The translations under genes were made by a program, and so were the position numbers. A stretch of DNA of 64,000 nt from an uncultured Rhabdochlamydiaceae bacterium (lineage in GTDB: Bacteria > Chlamydiota > Chlamydiia > Chlamydiales > Rhabdochlamydiaceae): contig CAVQHD010000001.1 of the NCBI GenBank assembly GCA_963712275.1, forward strand, positions 800,001 through 864,000, given 5' to 3'. Under the pieces are notes generated by a model that made no database searches, was not told the origin of the DNA, and saw nothing but the letters and a program-made list of their open reading frames with translations. The number at the start of each line of letters is the position of its first letter. Position 1 is the stretch's first letter. This document shows, in pieces, positions 29,282 to 38,239 of this stretch.

Positions 29282-30328
29282 TTATCGAGTTGGGTTTTTG
29301 GCATAGTTTAATTTCATGCAATTTTTAAAAATTATAATTGCTGATAATGAGAGAAAACTGTATTTCAAAAATGGATTTCTCACCATTGTGTAAAAAATTT
29401 GAGACATTCGATTTAAAGAAGGGAATGCAAATATCGGGTGGATTTTTTTCAATTTTTCTATATCTTCTAAAGATTTTTGACTAAACTTTGAAACAAAGTT
29501 TAGTCGTTCGCGTAAGGTGGTTCCTTCTATTAAATATTTGGATTCGGGAGGTTCTAATTTGACTAGTTCATCCACGTTTACTTCTAAAATCAGTTGTTGG
29601 ATTTGGTTGAGGGTCTTAGTATTTGACGGTTCTTTTTGAAGCTTTTCAATGCATTTTTTTATCTCACCAAGAGGCTTTAGAAGATTTTCAAGACTCTGTA
29701 GTTGAGGGTTCGGAGCTTCATCAGCAGAATAGTATATATAGGCAAATGGTTTTATGATTGCAAGGCTATACATCTCTATGAGCTCGCGGCATCGCTCGTT
29801 GCTTGGCCTAGTACAGTACTCTCTATATTTGGAAAGAATATCTTGAAGCAATTCTTGACGGTTTTGAGAGAGGAAAAAAGGAGATTTTGTGTCATATTGT
29901 GCTATGCTCTTTTTCACAAACTCAGAAAGTTCTGTATCTCCAGCTTTTATACGAGATTTTTCTACTTCAGCCAGAAAATTGCTATAGTCCTTCTCTCGTT
30001 CAGCAGGAACTTCACGTTTAAAAATAGCTGTAATCAGATCTGTAATCCCCTGCTCTACGCTTTTTTCTGGCATTGTATAGTGGACGTGGGGCTTTTCTAT
30101 GTTCCACCCGAATGGTAAATCCACCTGGCCATGAATAGTGCCATGTTCCAAATCATCACCTTGGATGACACGTCCTTTCAGTTCTCCTAAGACAAAATGT
30201 AATTCTTCACCTACGGTTTTACGACCGTAAAGAGTGATAAACGGACCTTGGATTTGAATGCTTTTAAGAAGAGGATTTGAACTCCAAAGACTCCAAAAGG
30301 AAGGCTGTGGCAATATGTACTCAAACAT
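29282..30328 (-). CDS. Hypothetical protein with C-terminal hydrophobic segment
   Basis: 348-aa ORF, AGGA RBS, helical charged core. Confidence 0.6.
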   Translation of the reverse strand: MFEYILPQPSFWSLWSSNPLLKSIQIQGPFITLYGRKTVGEELHFVLGELKGRVIQGDDLEHGTIHGQVDLPFGWNIEKPHVHYTMPEKSVEQGITDLITAIFKREVPAEREKDYSNFLAEVEKSRIKAGDTELSEFVKKSIAQYDTKSPFFLSQNRQELLQDILSKYREYCTRPSNERCRELIEMYSLAIIKPFAYIYYSADEAPNPQLQSLENLLKPLGEIKKCIEKLQKEPSNTKTLNQIQQLILEVNVDELVKLEPPESKYLIEGTTLRERLNFVSKFSQKSLEDIEKLKKIHPIFAFPSLNRMSQIFYTMVRNPFLKYSFLSLSAIIIFKNCMKLNYAKNPTR

Positions 30329-30444
30329 TTTAATTCCTAATTAAATTAAAAATATCGTACTACAATGGTGAATTTAAAGAAAGAAACAATGGTTGCATTG
30401 AGAATCAACGGCTTATAAAGTCAGCAGGGGGAATGTTGTTTGCG

Positions 30445-31332
30445 TTATCCATTTTCTACGTTATCGAGAACAATTAATCCTATTGTATCTTTGAGGTCAA
30501 GTACCGGAAGGGACTTAGAGGTTTTTAGGCGCTTTTTGACATTTTTGATATGTTCAGCAGGAGGGATGTTTTCTAGTGGAGTGCCGCCAATTTTGGCAAT
30601 AGCGGCCCGAACTTCTTTTCCGACGGCTTCATGGGTCTCCATAGCATCTCTCTGATTCTTGATATTGTCTCGCTTGAGTTTGTCGCGAGTTTGCGACATG
30701 CGGAACTGGTTGGCGATCAGTTCGGTTGTTCCCATGCGATCCATGAGCTGCTCTTTGGGATCGATGCCTTTCCGAGCTTTAATGGCATCAACTCCTAACC
30801 CTCCATAGAGTCCTTTATAGCCGGCGTCATGGAAGATGCCGAACATTTTATCCTGCACTCCGGCTTCGCGAGCCGCACCAGATAAAGCTTTGAATTCAAT
30901 AGAAGCCTGTTCGCGCGATTCTAAGCGCTCGCGATCTGCGATTAGATCATCTGAAAGTTCTTGGCGGCGGGTCTGAATAGCGAAATATTTTTGAGCCTCC
31001 GCAATTTCTGGTTTTCTAGAGTCTCCATTTTGAGCTATGAGATAGCAGGCAAAACGAGAGAGGTGATAGTCGTTTACCTCTCTTGTTGTCTGGCTCCCAA
31101 TGTCGACCATTTTACAAGCGCCTGTAAAATGGTTTTGAGGGTTGTTCCCAGATTGTTTGCACGATTCCATAGCTTTTTTAATGGCTGGTTCAAATCCATG
31201 CCATTTGGAATATCCTAAACAAGACTGAAGATCTCTAGCGCTCCAATATTCGATCCCATGTTTGTTGAGTTTTTTAAGGGACTCAAAGGATAAGTTAGAT
31301 GAGATGAGCACGGCATCCTTAGGTTCTTTCAT
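30445..31332 (-). CDS. dinD: DNA damage-inducible protein D (Bro-N domain)
   Basis: EYWSARDLQ..LGY..W, DYHLSRFACYLIAQNGD.RK.EIAEAQ.YFAIQTRRQE, AGYKGLYGGL. Confidence 0.92.
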   Translation of the reverse strand: MKEPKDAVLISSNLSFESLKKLNKHGIEYWSARDLQSCLGYSKWHGFEPAIKKAMESCKQSGNNPQNHFTGACKMVDIGSQTTREVNDYHLSRFACYLIAQNGDSRKPEIAEAQKYFAIQTRRQELSDDLIADRERLESREQASIEFKALSGAAREAGVQDKMFGIFHDAGYKGLYGGLGVDAIKARKGIDPKEQLMDRMGTTELIANQFRMSQTRDKLKRDNIKNQRDAMETHEAVGKEVRAAIAKIGGTPLENIPPAEHIKNVKKRLKTSKSLPVLDLKDTIGLIVLDNVENG

Positions 31333-31418
31333 ACTAGGCCTCGAGAGGATAAAGATTTTTGGGCAGCAAGTTTAGCGAATAAGTGATATAGCTATCAAGG
31401 ATATTTTGTGGGTGTCAA

Positions 31419-31574
31419 CGCGAGCAGTTAATTGAAAACTTTTTTAAGCATTAGAAAGGAGCAACGGCTCCCTATAAGTATCCCCGAGATATTGTCTTTG
31501 TAGAGGCGCTTCCCAAAACAATCTCGGGAAAAATCTGCTGAGTAGAACTGCGCGAAAAGGCTTGGGGAAATTAA
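31419..31574 (+). pseudogene. Remnant of an acyl-CoA synthetase (AMP-binding C-terminal domain)
   Basis: Reads [48 protein letters not shown], i.e. the YKYPR...LPKT.SGKI motif with two in-frame stops; not in the ORF track. Confidence 0.85.
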
Positions 31575-32902
31575 AGCTTTGAGATGAAACGGCTAGCGCC
31601 GACGCCTAGGGCAAAAACAGCTCCGTAACGCGCAATAGAAGAAAATGGTGGAACGGGATTTTGCTGAGGCTCCTCTTTTTCCTTAGCAAAATCTTCTGGC
31701 AGCGAGGCTGCGATTTGTAATCGTTTTATTTTTGCCGGGTCTTTGGTACTGATCCGTAGTCCTTGGCCTTCAAAGGTAAGGTTGATAAAGGGATCATCTG
31801 TGCTTGGGCCGAGAAACTCGCGTGAAAAAGATTGGTCAAAGGGAGTAAAAATGACTTTCCATGTTTTTGGAGAATAATCAAACTGCTGAGAGGTATTCCA
31901 TTCGAGATGCACAGGGGTCTTAGTTGGAGGTTCTAAGGCATCGCTTTCCCGGTATTCAGTGCAAGAGAGAGTAAACCTGAGTTCTCCACAAGCTCTTTTG
32001 CTCTTTTTTCTATAATAAGTTACTGCTCGATAGACAACTTCTGCATCATTCTCTTCCACAAGCTGAAGAGAGGTATCTCCCTTGTTATGGTGGATTTGCA
32101 ATTGATGGCTTCCGCGTAACACTTTCCAGCCTTGAGTCGCTTGAACTCTGCAGAGCTGGTTTTGATCTTTCTTTCCTAAGTCTTCCCGTGAAATCAAATG
32201 AAAATGGTTAGATTTGGGAGTTGGATTGATTTCTCTCTTGTTAACGCTCTTTGTATGTTCAACGACAATAATTCCTGGACTTGAAGGGATGATCCCTATC
32301 AAGAGCTTATATTTATATACATCACGTCTATAAAGAACGTTTTCGCAGGGAATTTCAACATGAGCTACACAGACATCAGAATTCCTTGCAAAGAGAGCCT
32401 GATAAGGGATTGAAAAGCTGCATTCTCCCTGCAGGGGCTTGATTAATATCGCCTGATGGCCATTTAACATGAGCGAGGGCTTAAGTCCAGGCGTTCCAAT
32501 CGTAGGAAAGTGTCCGACGAGCTTAAATACCGCATTCCCAGCATTGGAAGTTCGTATAATGCAAGAAGGCTCAATAGATAAAAGTAGAGGCTTATTAGAT
32601 CTCACTGCCTGAGCAGCATGTGTGAGGCGGTTGTTGAAGTCTGTGATTTGGTCGTAAAACCTTTCTTCTATCGCACGAACAGCCGACATGATATAGTCTA
32701 CATTGTTCTTAAACTGAACATCGACTTTGTCTAAAGACTCGTCAAGAATGTCTCTGGAAGCATTAAGAGTATTTGCAATCAGAAAACGGAGCCGTGTATC
32801 AGCCTCTGTAATGGCATGAGAAGAGGCGTTTTTTAAGACTATATTTAACCGATCAACCGCTTTAAGAAGATCTCCTGCTTTATGTCGAACTGTTAAACTC
32901 AT
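31571..32902 (-). CDS. Hypothetical protein with helical N-domain, beta-rich core and C-terminal tail anchor (start MSLTVRH)
   Basis: GAGGA before ATG 32902; terminal IARYGAVFALGVGASRFISKL. Confidence 0.65.
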   Translation of the reverse strand: MSLTVRHKAGDLLKAVDRLNIVLKNASSHAITEADTRLRFLIANTLNASRDILDESLDKVDVQFKNNVDYIMSAVRAIEERFYDQITDFNNRLTHAAQAVRSNKPLLLSIEPSCIIRTSNAGNAVFKLVGHFPTIGTPGLKPSLMLNGHQAILIKPLQGECSFSIPYQALFARNSDVCVAHVEIPCENVLYRRDVYKYKLLIGIIPSSPGIIVVEHTKSVNKREINPTPKSNHFHLISREDLGKKDQNQLCRVQATQGWKVLRGSHQLQIHHNKGDTSLQLVEENDAEVVYRAVTYYRKKSKRACGELRFTLSCTEYRESDALEPPTKTPVHLEWNTSQQFDYSPKTWKVIFTPFDQSFSREFLGPSTDDPFINLTFEGQGLRISTKDPAKIKRLQIAASLPEDFAKEKEEPQQNPVPPFSSIARYGAVFALGVGASRFISKL

Positions 32903-32904
32903 AT

Positions 32905-33351
32905 TTATCCTCGCTGTATAAATTTTTCTGTCAGAACTAAAAGTGCTGTTGGGTCGGCATATTTCTGTTGGCACCATTGATATTTTTCTAAAAGTTTCTT
33001 TGGAATGAGTTCAGGATGGGAGCAGACAGCAAACCCGCATTGTACGTAAAAATGCCGAAGGTGTTCAAAAGGGATGCAATAGATAGTTTGAGAAGGGTTC
33101 GTGTGCGCGAGAAGAAACTTTATGAGTTCTTTAGCTATTCCTTTACCTCGAAAGGCTTCAAAAACATACATGCCTCCCAGCTCAAGATGTTTTTCATCAA
33201 TGGTGACAAGACGTCCAAGGCCAGCTTTTTGTCCATCGATTTCGGCAATTGCAATGATTTCATTATCAAAGTTGGAATGCATGAATTCGACTTGATCGTA
33301 ACACTGATTAACCCATGCAGCCTCTGATCGGTTAGCAAGCCTTAGAAGCAT
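32905..33351 (-). CDS. GNAT-family N-acetyltransferase
   Basis: LELGGMYVFEAFRGKGIAKELI motif A; FYVQCGF. Confidence 0.9.
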   Translation of the reverse strand: MLLRLANRSEAAWVNQCYDQVEFMHSNFDNEIIAIAEIDGQKAGLGRLVTIDEKHLELGGMYVFEAFRGKGIAKELIKFLLAHTNPSQTIYCIPFEHLRHFYVQCGFAVCSHPELIPKKLLEKYQWCQQKYADPTALLVLTEKFIQRG

Positions 33352-33687
33352 TTAGTAGAGCTTCCCACCCAAGATTGCCTCGGGTTTTTCTGGCATGATG
33401 AGAATCGTCTGATTTTTATCATCAGGAACTCCTAAAGTTAGAACTTCGGAGATAAAGGGTCCTATTTGCCGAGGCGGGAAATTGATAATCGCAAGGATTT
33501 TTTTACCTAGGAGCTCTTCTTTCTTATAGTAAACCGTAATCTGTGCGCTCGACCGTTTTTGACCAATTTCAGGCCCAAAATCAATGGTCAGTTTATACGC
33601 AGGTTTACGGGCCTCTGGAAAATCTTCGGCTGCAACAATGACCCCTACTCGAATATCCAGTTTATGAAAATCTTCAATTGTTGCCAT
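33352..33687 (-). CDS. csaA: tRNA-binding protein / secretion chaperone CsaA (start MATIEDF)
   Basis: DFHKLDIRVG, FPEARKPAYKL.IDFG.EIG.K.SSAQIT, NFPPRQIG.F.SEVLTLG. Confidence 0.92.
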   Translation of the reverse strand: MATIEDFHKLDIRVGVIVAAEDFPEARKPAYKLTIDFGPEIGQKRSSAQITVYYKKEELLGKKILAIINFPPRQIGPFISEVLTLGVPDDKNQTILIMPEKPEAILGGKLY

Positions 33688-33757
33688 GCAAACCTTCTTA
33701 GTTAAGATTTTAAAAACAGCGTAAGTGTACAAGAAAATTGTGGAATCGGCAAATAGT

Positions 33758-33786
33758 TTGTATTAAAGGGTTAGAAGCGGTAGAAT
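33758..33786 (+). promoter_or_regulatory. Candidate promoter for the brnQ leader
   Basis: TTGTAT-N17-TAGAAT; a second TATAAT at 33792-33797. Confidence 0.5.
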
Positions 33787-33821
33787 AACACTATAATCCA
33801 GCCATTTTGGCGGGGTGTTGT

Positions 33822-33917
33822 ATGAACTACCATGAAGAGTCTACATCTGTAAGGTTAGATTTTACGCTTGTCATTGCTGGGCAAGTGGGCGTGGTGGTTG
33901 CGCTCACGCGCAGTTAA
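33822..33917 (+). CDS. Putative branched-chain-amino-acid-sensing leader peptide (31 aa)
   Basis: MNYHEESTSVRLDFTLVIAGQVGVVVALTRS*; GGGGTG RBS; 10 of codons 10-28 are Val/Leu/Ile; lies directly upstream of brnQ. Confidence 0.7.
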   Translation: MNYHEESTSVRLDFTLVIAGQVGVVVALTRS

Positions 33918-33995
33918 AAAAACCAACACTTCTTACCCGCCGCATCTTTTTTCACAGATCCTCTGAAGAACAAGGCCTTTAACGGGCAAGAAGTG
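33875..33995 (+). promoter_or_regulatory. Putative attenuator RNA with mutually exclusive pairings
   Basis: 33921-33944 can pair with the Val-codon segment 33875-33899 (followed by TCTTTTTT) or, via CACTTCTTACCCG (33927-33939), with CGGGCAAGAAGTG (33983-33995). Confidence 0.6.
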
Positions 33996-34015
33996 CCAAC
34001 GATGATAAGGTATTT

Positions 34016-35191
34016 ATGTCAATGCACGAACAGGCTTTGCCGACAAAAAAATCGAGTTTTATTACAACGGGGCTCGCTCTTTTTGCAATGTTTTTTGGAG
34101 CGGGAAATTTAATTTTTCCTCTTATGCTAGGGAAAAATGTAGGGGATAATCTGGGGCCTGCAATTGTAGGGTTTGGATTGACGGCGGTTCTTGTCCCTTT
34201 TCTTGGCCTTGCTGCGATGGTTCTTTTTCAAGCCGATTATCATCGCTTTTTTGGTCGGTTGGGAAAGATTCCAGGGGCAATACTAGTGCTCCTTTTGCAG
34301 CTGCTCCTGGGGCCTCTAGGGGTTATCCCTCGACTGGTCACTCTTATGCATGCCATGGTAAGTCCTTATTTTCCTAATTTGCCCTTAACGCTATTTAACA
34401 TTCTGATAGCTGGGGTCATTTTTGGATGTTGTATTAGACGGCAGCGGATGATTGGAGTTTTAGGGGCTATACTAACTCCGTTGATTCTAGGTTCCCTCTT
34501 AGCTTTAGTCTATGTTGGCCTTACGCATAGCTCTTCTCCAAACCCCATTTCATTGTCAGCAAAGGAGAGTTTTTATGAGGGGCTGTCAGGAGGATATAAT
34601 ACGATGGATTTGATAGCGGCTTTTCTGTTTGCAACCTTGATTCTTCCTCACTTTCAAAAAGAGGCGCATCCTATGGAAAAACAGCAGGGGTTTTTCAAGA
34701 AGATGGCTTTTTCCAGCCTAATTGCTGCTGCTCTTCTGTTTTTAACGTATATCGGACTTTGCCTCATCTCTGCTTATCATGGATGGAAGCTGGAGGCAAA
34801 TTGTCCACCGGAACAAATGCTAAGCGCTATTTCTGTGAAATTGTTGGGCCCCATTGGGGGAGGTCTTGCGGCTGTCGCTGTCATCACCGCGTGTTTGACG
34901 ACGGCAATCACCTTGACCTCAATTTTTGCTGACTACTTGAGAAAGGATCTTTGTAAAGAAAAAATCAGTCCCTTGACTGCGTTGATTGCGACATTGATCG
35001 TGGTCGTGCTCTTTGCGAACTTAGGGTTTAGAGGGATTGCCGCTTTTTTAGTCCCCATTGTGCAGATTTTGTATCCAGGTCTCATTTTGCTGACCATTCT
35101 TAATTTTCTGCATATTTTGTATGGCTACCGCAGAGTCAAGCTGCCGGTATTTTTAGCATTTGCCTGCTCGGCATTGGTGTACTTTATGTAG
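34016..35191 (+). CDS. brnQ: Branched-chain amino acid transport system II carrier (LIVCS family)
   Basis: GLALFAMFFGAGNLIFP, GPLGVIPR, GKILTP-like GAILTP, GYNTMDLIAA, ACLTTAI, LYP. Confidence 0.95.
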   Translation: MSMHEQALPTKKSSFITTGLALFAMFFGAGNLIFPLMLGKNVGDNLGPAIVGFGLTAVLVPFLGLAAMVLFQADYHRFFGRLGKIPGAILVLLLQLLLGPLGVIPRLVTLMHAMVSPYFPNLPLTLFNILIAGVIFGCCIRRQRMIGVLGAILTPLILGSLLALVYVGLTHSSSPNPISLSAKESFYEGLSGGYNTMDLIAAFLFATLILPHFQKEAHPMEKQQGFFKKMAFSSLIAAALLFLTYIGLCLISAYHGWKLEANCPPEQMLSAISVKLLGPIGGGLAAVAVITACLTTAITLTSIFADYLRKDLCKEKISPLTALIATLIVVVLFANLGFRGIAAFLVPIVQILYPGLILLTILNFLHILYGYRRVKLPVFLAFACSALVYFM

Positions 35192-35206
35192 GTGTAAAAA
35201 TCGACT

Positions 35207-36439
35207 TCAATAAAGAAAACCGAAAAGCCAGAGCGGAATTCTGCTGCCGATCCCGAGTTCAATATCGTCGAGGGCAAGATACGACTTGGGGTGAGAGGCA
35301 ATTTGAATGAAATCTTTGTTCTTCCCTCCAACTTCAAATAGGTAGTGGTTGTCGATTAGAAAGTCGCCATCAAGCGGTAATGTGACAGTATGGCTTTGTG
35401 ATAACATCGTGAGAAAATAGGTTTCTCTGATGGTGCCCTTGTCCGGATCTTTTGATGAAATTGCAAATAATTGATTTGTATTGTCAAGGTAGACTTTTTC
35501 TGGCGATTCTAGTTTAGACAATTTTTCAGATGCTTTTGAGATGGATTTAATAAGGCAAGCATCTTCTAAATGAGAAAAATACGATTTTAATGTACGCAGA
35601 TCTCCTATCTCTAGAATTTGCATGATTTTTTGCCAGTTAGGTGTAAATGGGACGGCAGTTGCGATAAACATCAGCAATTGTTTAATTTTTTTTTCACTGA
35701 CCCCGGCAAGGTGAGGGTAAATGGCGGCTAAATCCGATTCGATGGTCATATGGAAACTTTGTTCCAGTGTAATTTTATAAGCATCGATATCATTAATTTC
35801 AAAATAATATGGGTAGTAGCCTGTTTTGATATATTTGTTAAATTCGGGGATGACTTTAAGACTGTTTTTTTCTAATTTATTGATGAGTTCATCGGTGATT
35901 TTTTGATGATTTTGACACACCTCTTCTAAAGAATAGGAAGGAAACTCTAGGCCATGCATGAGTTCTAAATATTCACGGAAAGAAAGCCCCTGCATTGTAT
36001 AGGAAGCGCTACGGCGTATCAGGTCATGACTTCCTTTGTAGATTTGTAAGGCCGAGCTTCCGGAGACGAATAATTTTAAATCAATAAACGTATCGTAAAT
36101 GCTTTTTAATTCTTCAGACCAGTTAGGATATTTATGAATTTCATCAAGGGCAAGCCATTTTCCTCCATGCATCTGAAACTTCTCTGCGATTTCATAAAGT
36201 GAGAAGTTTCCTAAGGCAAAATGATCAGCTTGAACATACAGGATACGGGGATCAAACCGGTCACCGTTCGACTCTTTTAAGAGCAGTTGAACAAGTGTTG
36301 TGGTCTTGCCTACTCCCCTTTGGCCTAGAATCATCGACATACGGTGCGTCAATTTGTGCTTTCGAATGAAATACCGTTGATAAGGGGAGTTTTTGATTTT
36401 TAGAAACTGGTGGCTGATCTCTACAATTTTTTCATACAT
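35207..36439 (-). CDS. AAA_14 family ATPase
   Basis: GQRGVGKTT, LDEIHKY.NW, SGSSAL, LSFREYL, GYYP, KVYLDNTN, FEVGGKNK. Confidence 0.9.
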   Translation of the reverse strand: MYEKIVEISHQFLKIKNSPYQRYFIRKHKLTHRMSMILGQRGVGKTTTLVQLLLKESNGDRFDPRILYVQADHFALGNFSLYEIAEKFQMHGGKWLALDEIHKYPNWSEELKSIYDTFIDLKLFVSGSSALQIYKGSHDLIRRSASYTMQGLSFREYLELMHGLEFPSYSLEEVCQNHQKITDELINKLEKNSLKVIPEFNKYIKTGYYPYYFEINDIDAYKITLEQSFHMTIESDLAAIYPHLAGVSEKKIKQLLMFIATAVPFTPNWQKIMQILEIGDLRTLKSYFSHLEDACLIKSISKASEKLSKLESPEKVYLDNTNQLFAISSKDPDKGTIRETYFLTMLSQSHTVTLPLDGDFLIDNHYLFEVGGKNKDFIQIASHPKSYLALDDIELGIGSRIPLWLFGFLY

Positions 36440-36454
36440 AATTTAGCTATATCA

Positions 36455-36521
36455 TACAAAAACATGGAATGCAATCCAATCTTTTCCCTAGAAATAGTGG
36501 AATGCATTCCATGTTTTTGTA
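36455..36521. promoter_or_regulatory. 19-bp perfect inverted repeat / twin operator-like palindromes upstream of the ATPase
   Basis: TACAAAAACATGGAATGCA (36455-36473) vs TGCATTCCATGTTTTTGTA (36503-36521); TGGAATGCAWTCCA at 36465 and 36498. Confidence 0.65.
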
Positions 36522-36603
36522 ATTTACAGAATATCAGCGACTTATAATTTCGTTCTAAGGTTGATTTCTGGACCCTTAGATTTTTCATTCACCTTTTATT
36601 GTA

Positions 36604-38178
36604 GAGGGAATTGCAAAACTAGAAACGAAAAAGTGATTTTTCGGGGATAGTGAATGCAAACCGGTTGGCAGGCCCCGAAAAATCACTTTTTCGATTCCAG
36701 TCTCGTAATTTTAGATGTTTTATCCAAAAAATCTTCACTGTGAGAACAAGCGGGAGCCCATTTGATCATTGGCCAGAAGACTTTTTCACCCTACAGCAAG
36801 ATTACGTGACCAATTTCATCAATTGGTCGGCTGTCAATACCAACACGCCAAACATAAGATGGCACGCAACCTTACTAAGTCCGCGCACCCTGAGTTTGCA
36901 AGCACCAAATTCGTCTTTCAGACGAGAATTGGTTCGTTCCGCAGCTGTCCTTTCATTATAACGCAGTGTTTCTGGGAAAATTAAATTCAGAGTTCTTCTT
37001 GCAAGACTTTCCGCTTCAAGGTCTTTTTTGAGCTGTTTGTCTGCTCTTGGATTCTTATCGATTAGGGGCTTGTGTCCGAGAGATTGGCTATGTGCGATAA
37101 TACCTGGGATGTCGTAAGCGGCATCCATGAGGTCATAGCAGTTGATGATTCTCGTGGCAGTTAAAGTGGCCAGAGGAATTGCAACCTGACTGTCATGAAC
37201 TGAAGCTGAAGTAACAATAGCGCTGACAGGGATGCCTCCGTCAATGGTATCTAAATGTAACTTGTAGCCAGTCCAGTACATTGTATTACCTTTGCTGTCT
37301 TTTTTAGCACCTTTGTCGCATGCTGTCGGTAAATCAGCCAGCATTTCTTCTAGCGTCATCGTTTTTTGTCTGTCTATGCGCGTAGGTTCGGGTTTGGCTC
37401 GTTTTTGGCCTTTTTTAGGGCGACCTTTTTTCTTTGGCTCCAATTCCTGATCCGGATCTTCACTGTTTTGCGTTGCCTTGTTCTTAGTTTTGGTTTGCGG
37501 CCGTTCTCGAGCCTCGATTGCGGTTGAATCGCGTGAATTATGCAAAACGACTTCGTTTTTCAATGTCTTTACAATCAGCGCCTCATGTGCGCGCTGAGGA
37601 AGCCCTGTTTTAGCAAACTCAGTGAAGGCTCTAGAAAAAGTAGCCTCACTAGGCAGTTCAGACAGAGATTCCCACCCACAAATACGTCGTAGGTTTTTAT
37701 CGCTTTTCAAGCGATCAATCAAAAATGTTGTCGTATCGAGATTGTATACCATTTTAACAACGAATGATCTGGCAATTGCTGAACGTGTTTTTTGTGGGCG
37801 GCCCTCACATCCGTAATAGCAAGGAAGAAAGTCTTCGATGCGTACCACTTCCAAAATAGAAACCAATTGTTGCTGCTTTTCTGTCAGTGGATCGAGCTCT
37901 TCTTCTAACCAAGCGAAAAGAGAGCCTTGAATTTTTTCCCAATATTTTGATAAAGTGTCTGTCAGCTGACCCACGTGGTTTGCTCCTTGCTCTGATGTGA
38001 TTGTTTGTCAGAAAGCTAATTATATCAGACGCAAGGTGTTTGTTAAAAGTGACTTGTGGTTGAAAATCGCAACGCTATTACAGAAATGACGAAAGGGAAG
38101 ACTTTTTCGGAGTTGCTGTAGGTTTTGCTAAAACGGACCCGAAAAAGTCTTCCCTTTCGTTAGTTTTGCAATTCCCTC
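36604..38178 (-). mobile_element. Intact 1575-bp DDE insertion sequence (IS5/IS1182-like)
   Basis: Perfect 18-bp terminal IR GAGGGAATTGCAAAACTA; TGTA target duplication at 36600-36603 and 38179-38182; single transposase ORF. Confidence 0.93.
36802..37974 (-). CDS. DDE transposase (DUF772-like N-terminus plus DDE_Tnp_1-like core)
   Basis: PSEATFSRAF, SRDSTAI, WTGYKLH, SVHDSQ, LMDAAYD, YNERTAAERTNSRLK. Confidence 0.95.
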   Translation of the reverse strand: MGQLTDTLSKYWEKIQGSLFAWLEEELDPLTEKQQQLVSILEVVRIEDFLPCYYGCEGRPQKTRSAIARSFVVKMVYNLDTTTFLIDRLKSDKNLRRICGWESLSELPSEATFSRAFTEFAKTGLPQRAHEALIVKTLKNEVVLHNSRDSTAIEARERPQTKTKNKATQNSEDPDQELEPKKKGRPKKGQKRAKPEPTRIDRQKTMTLEEMLADLPTACDKGAKKDSKGNTMYWTGYKLHLDTIDGGIPVSAIVTSASVHDSQVAIPLATLTATRIINCYDLMDAAYDIPGIIAHSQSLGHKPLIDKNPRADKQLKKDLEAESLARRTLNLIFPETLRYNERTAAERTNSRLKDEFGACKLRVRGLSKVACHLMFGVLVLTADQLMKLVT

Positions 38179-38239
38179 TGTAGATAAAATTTTTTTCTGT
38201 TAAATAAAAACTAAATAGTGGGGTTTATACCGATGTAAC

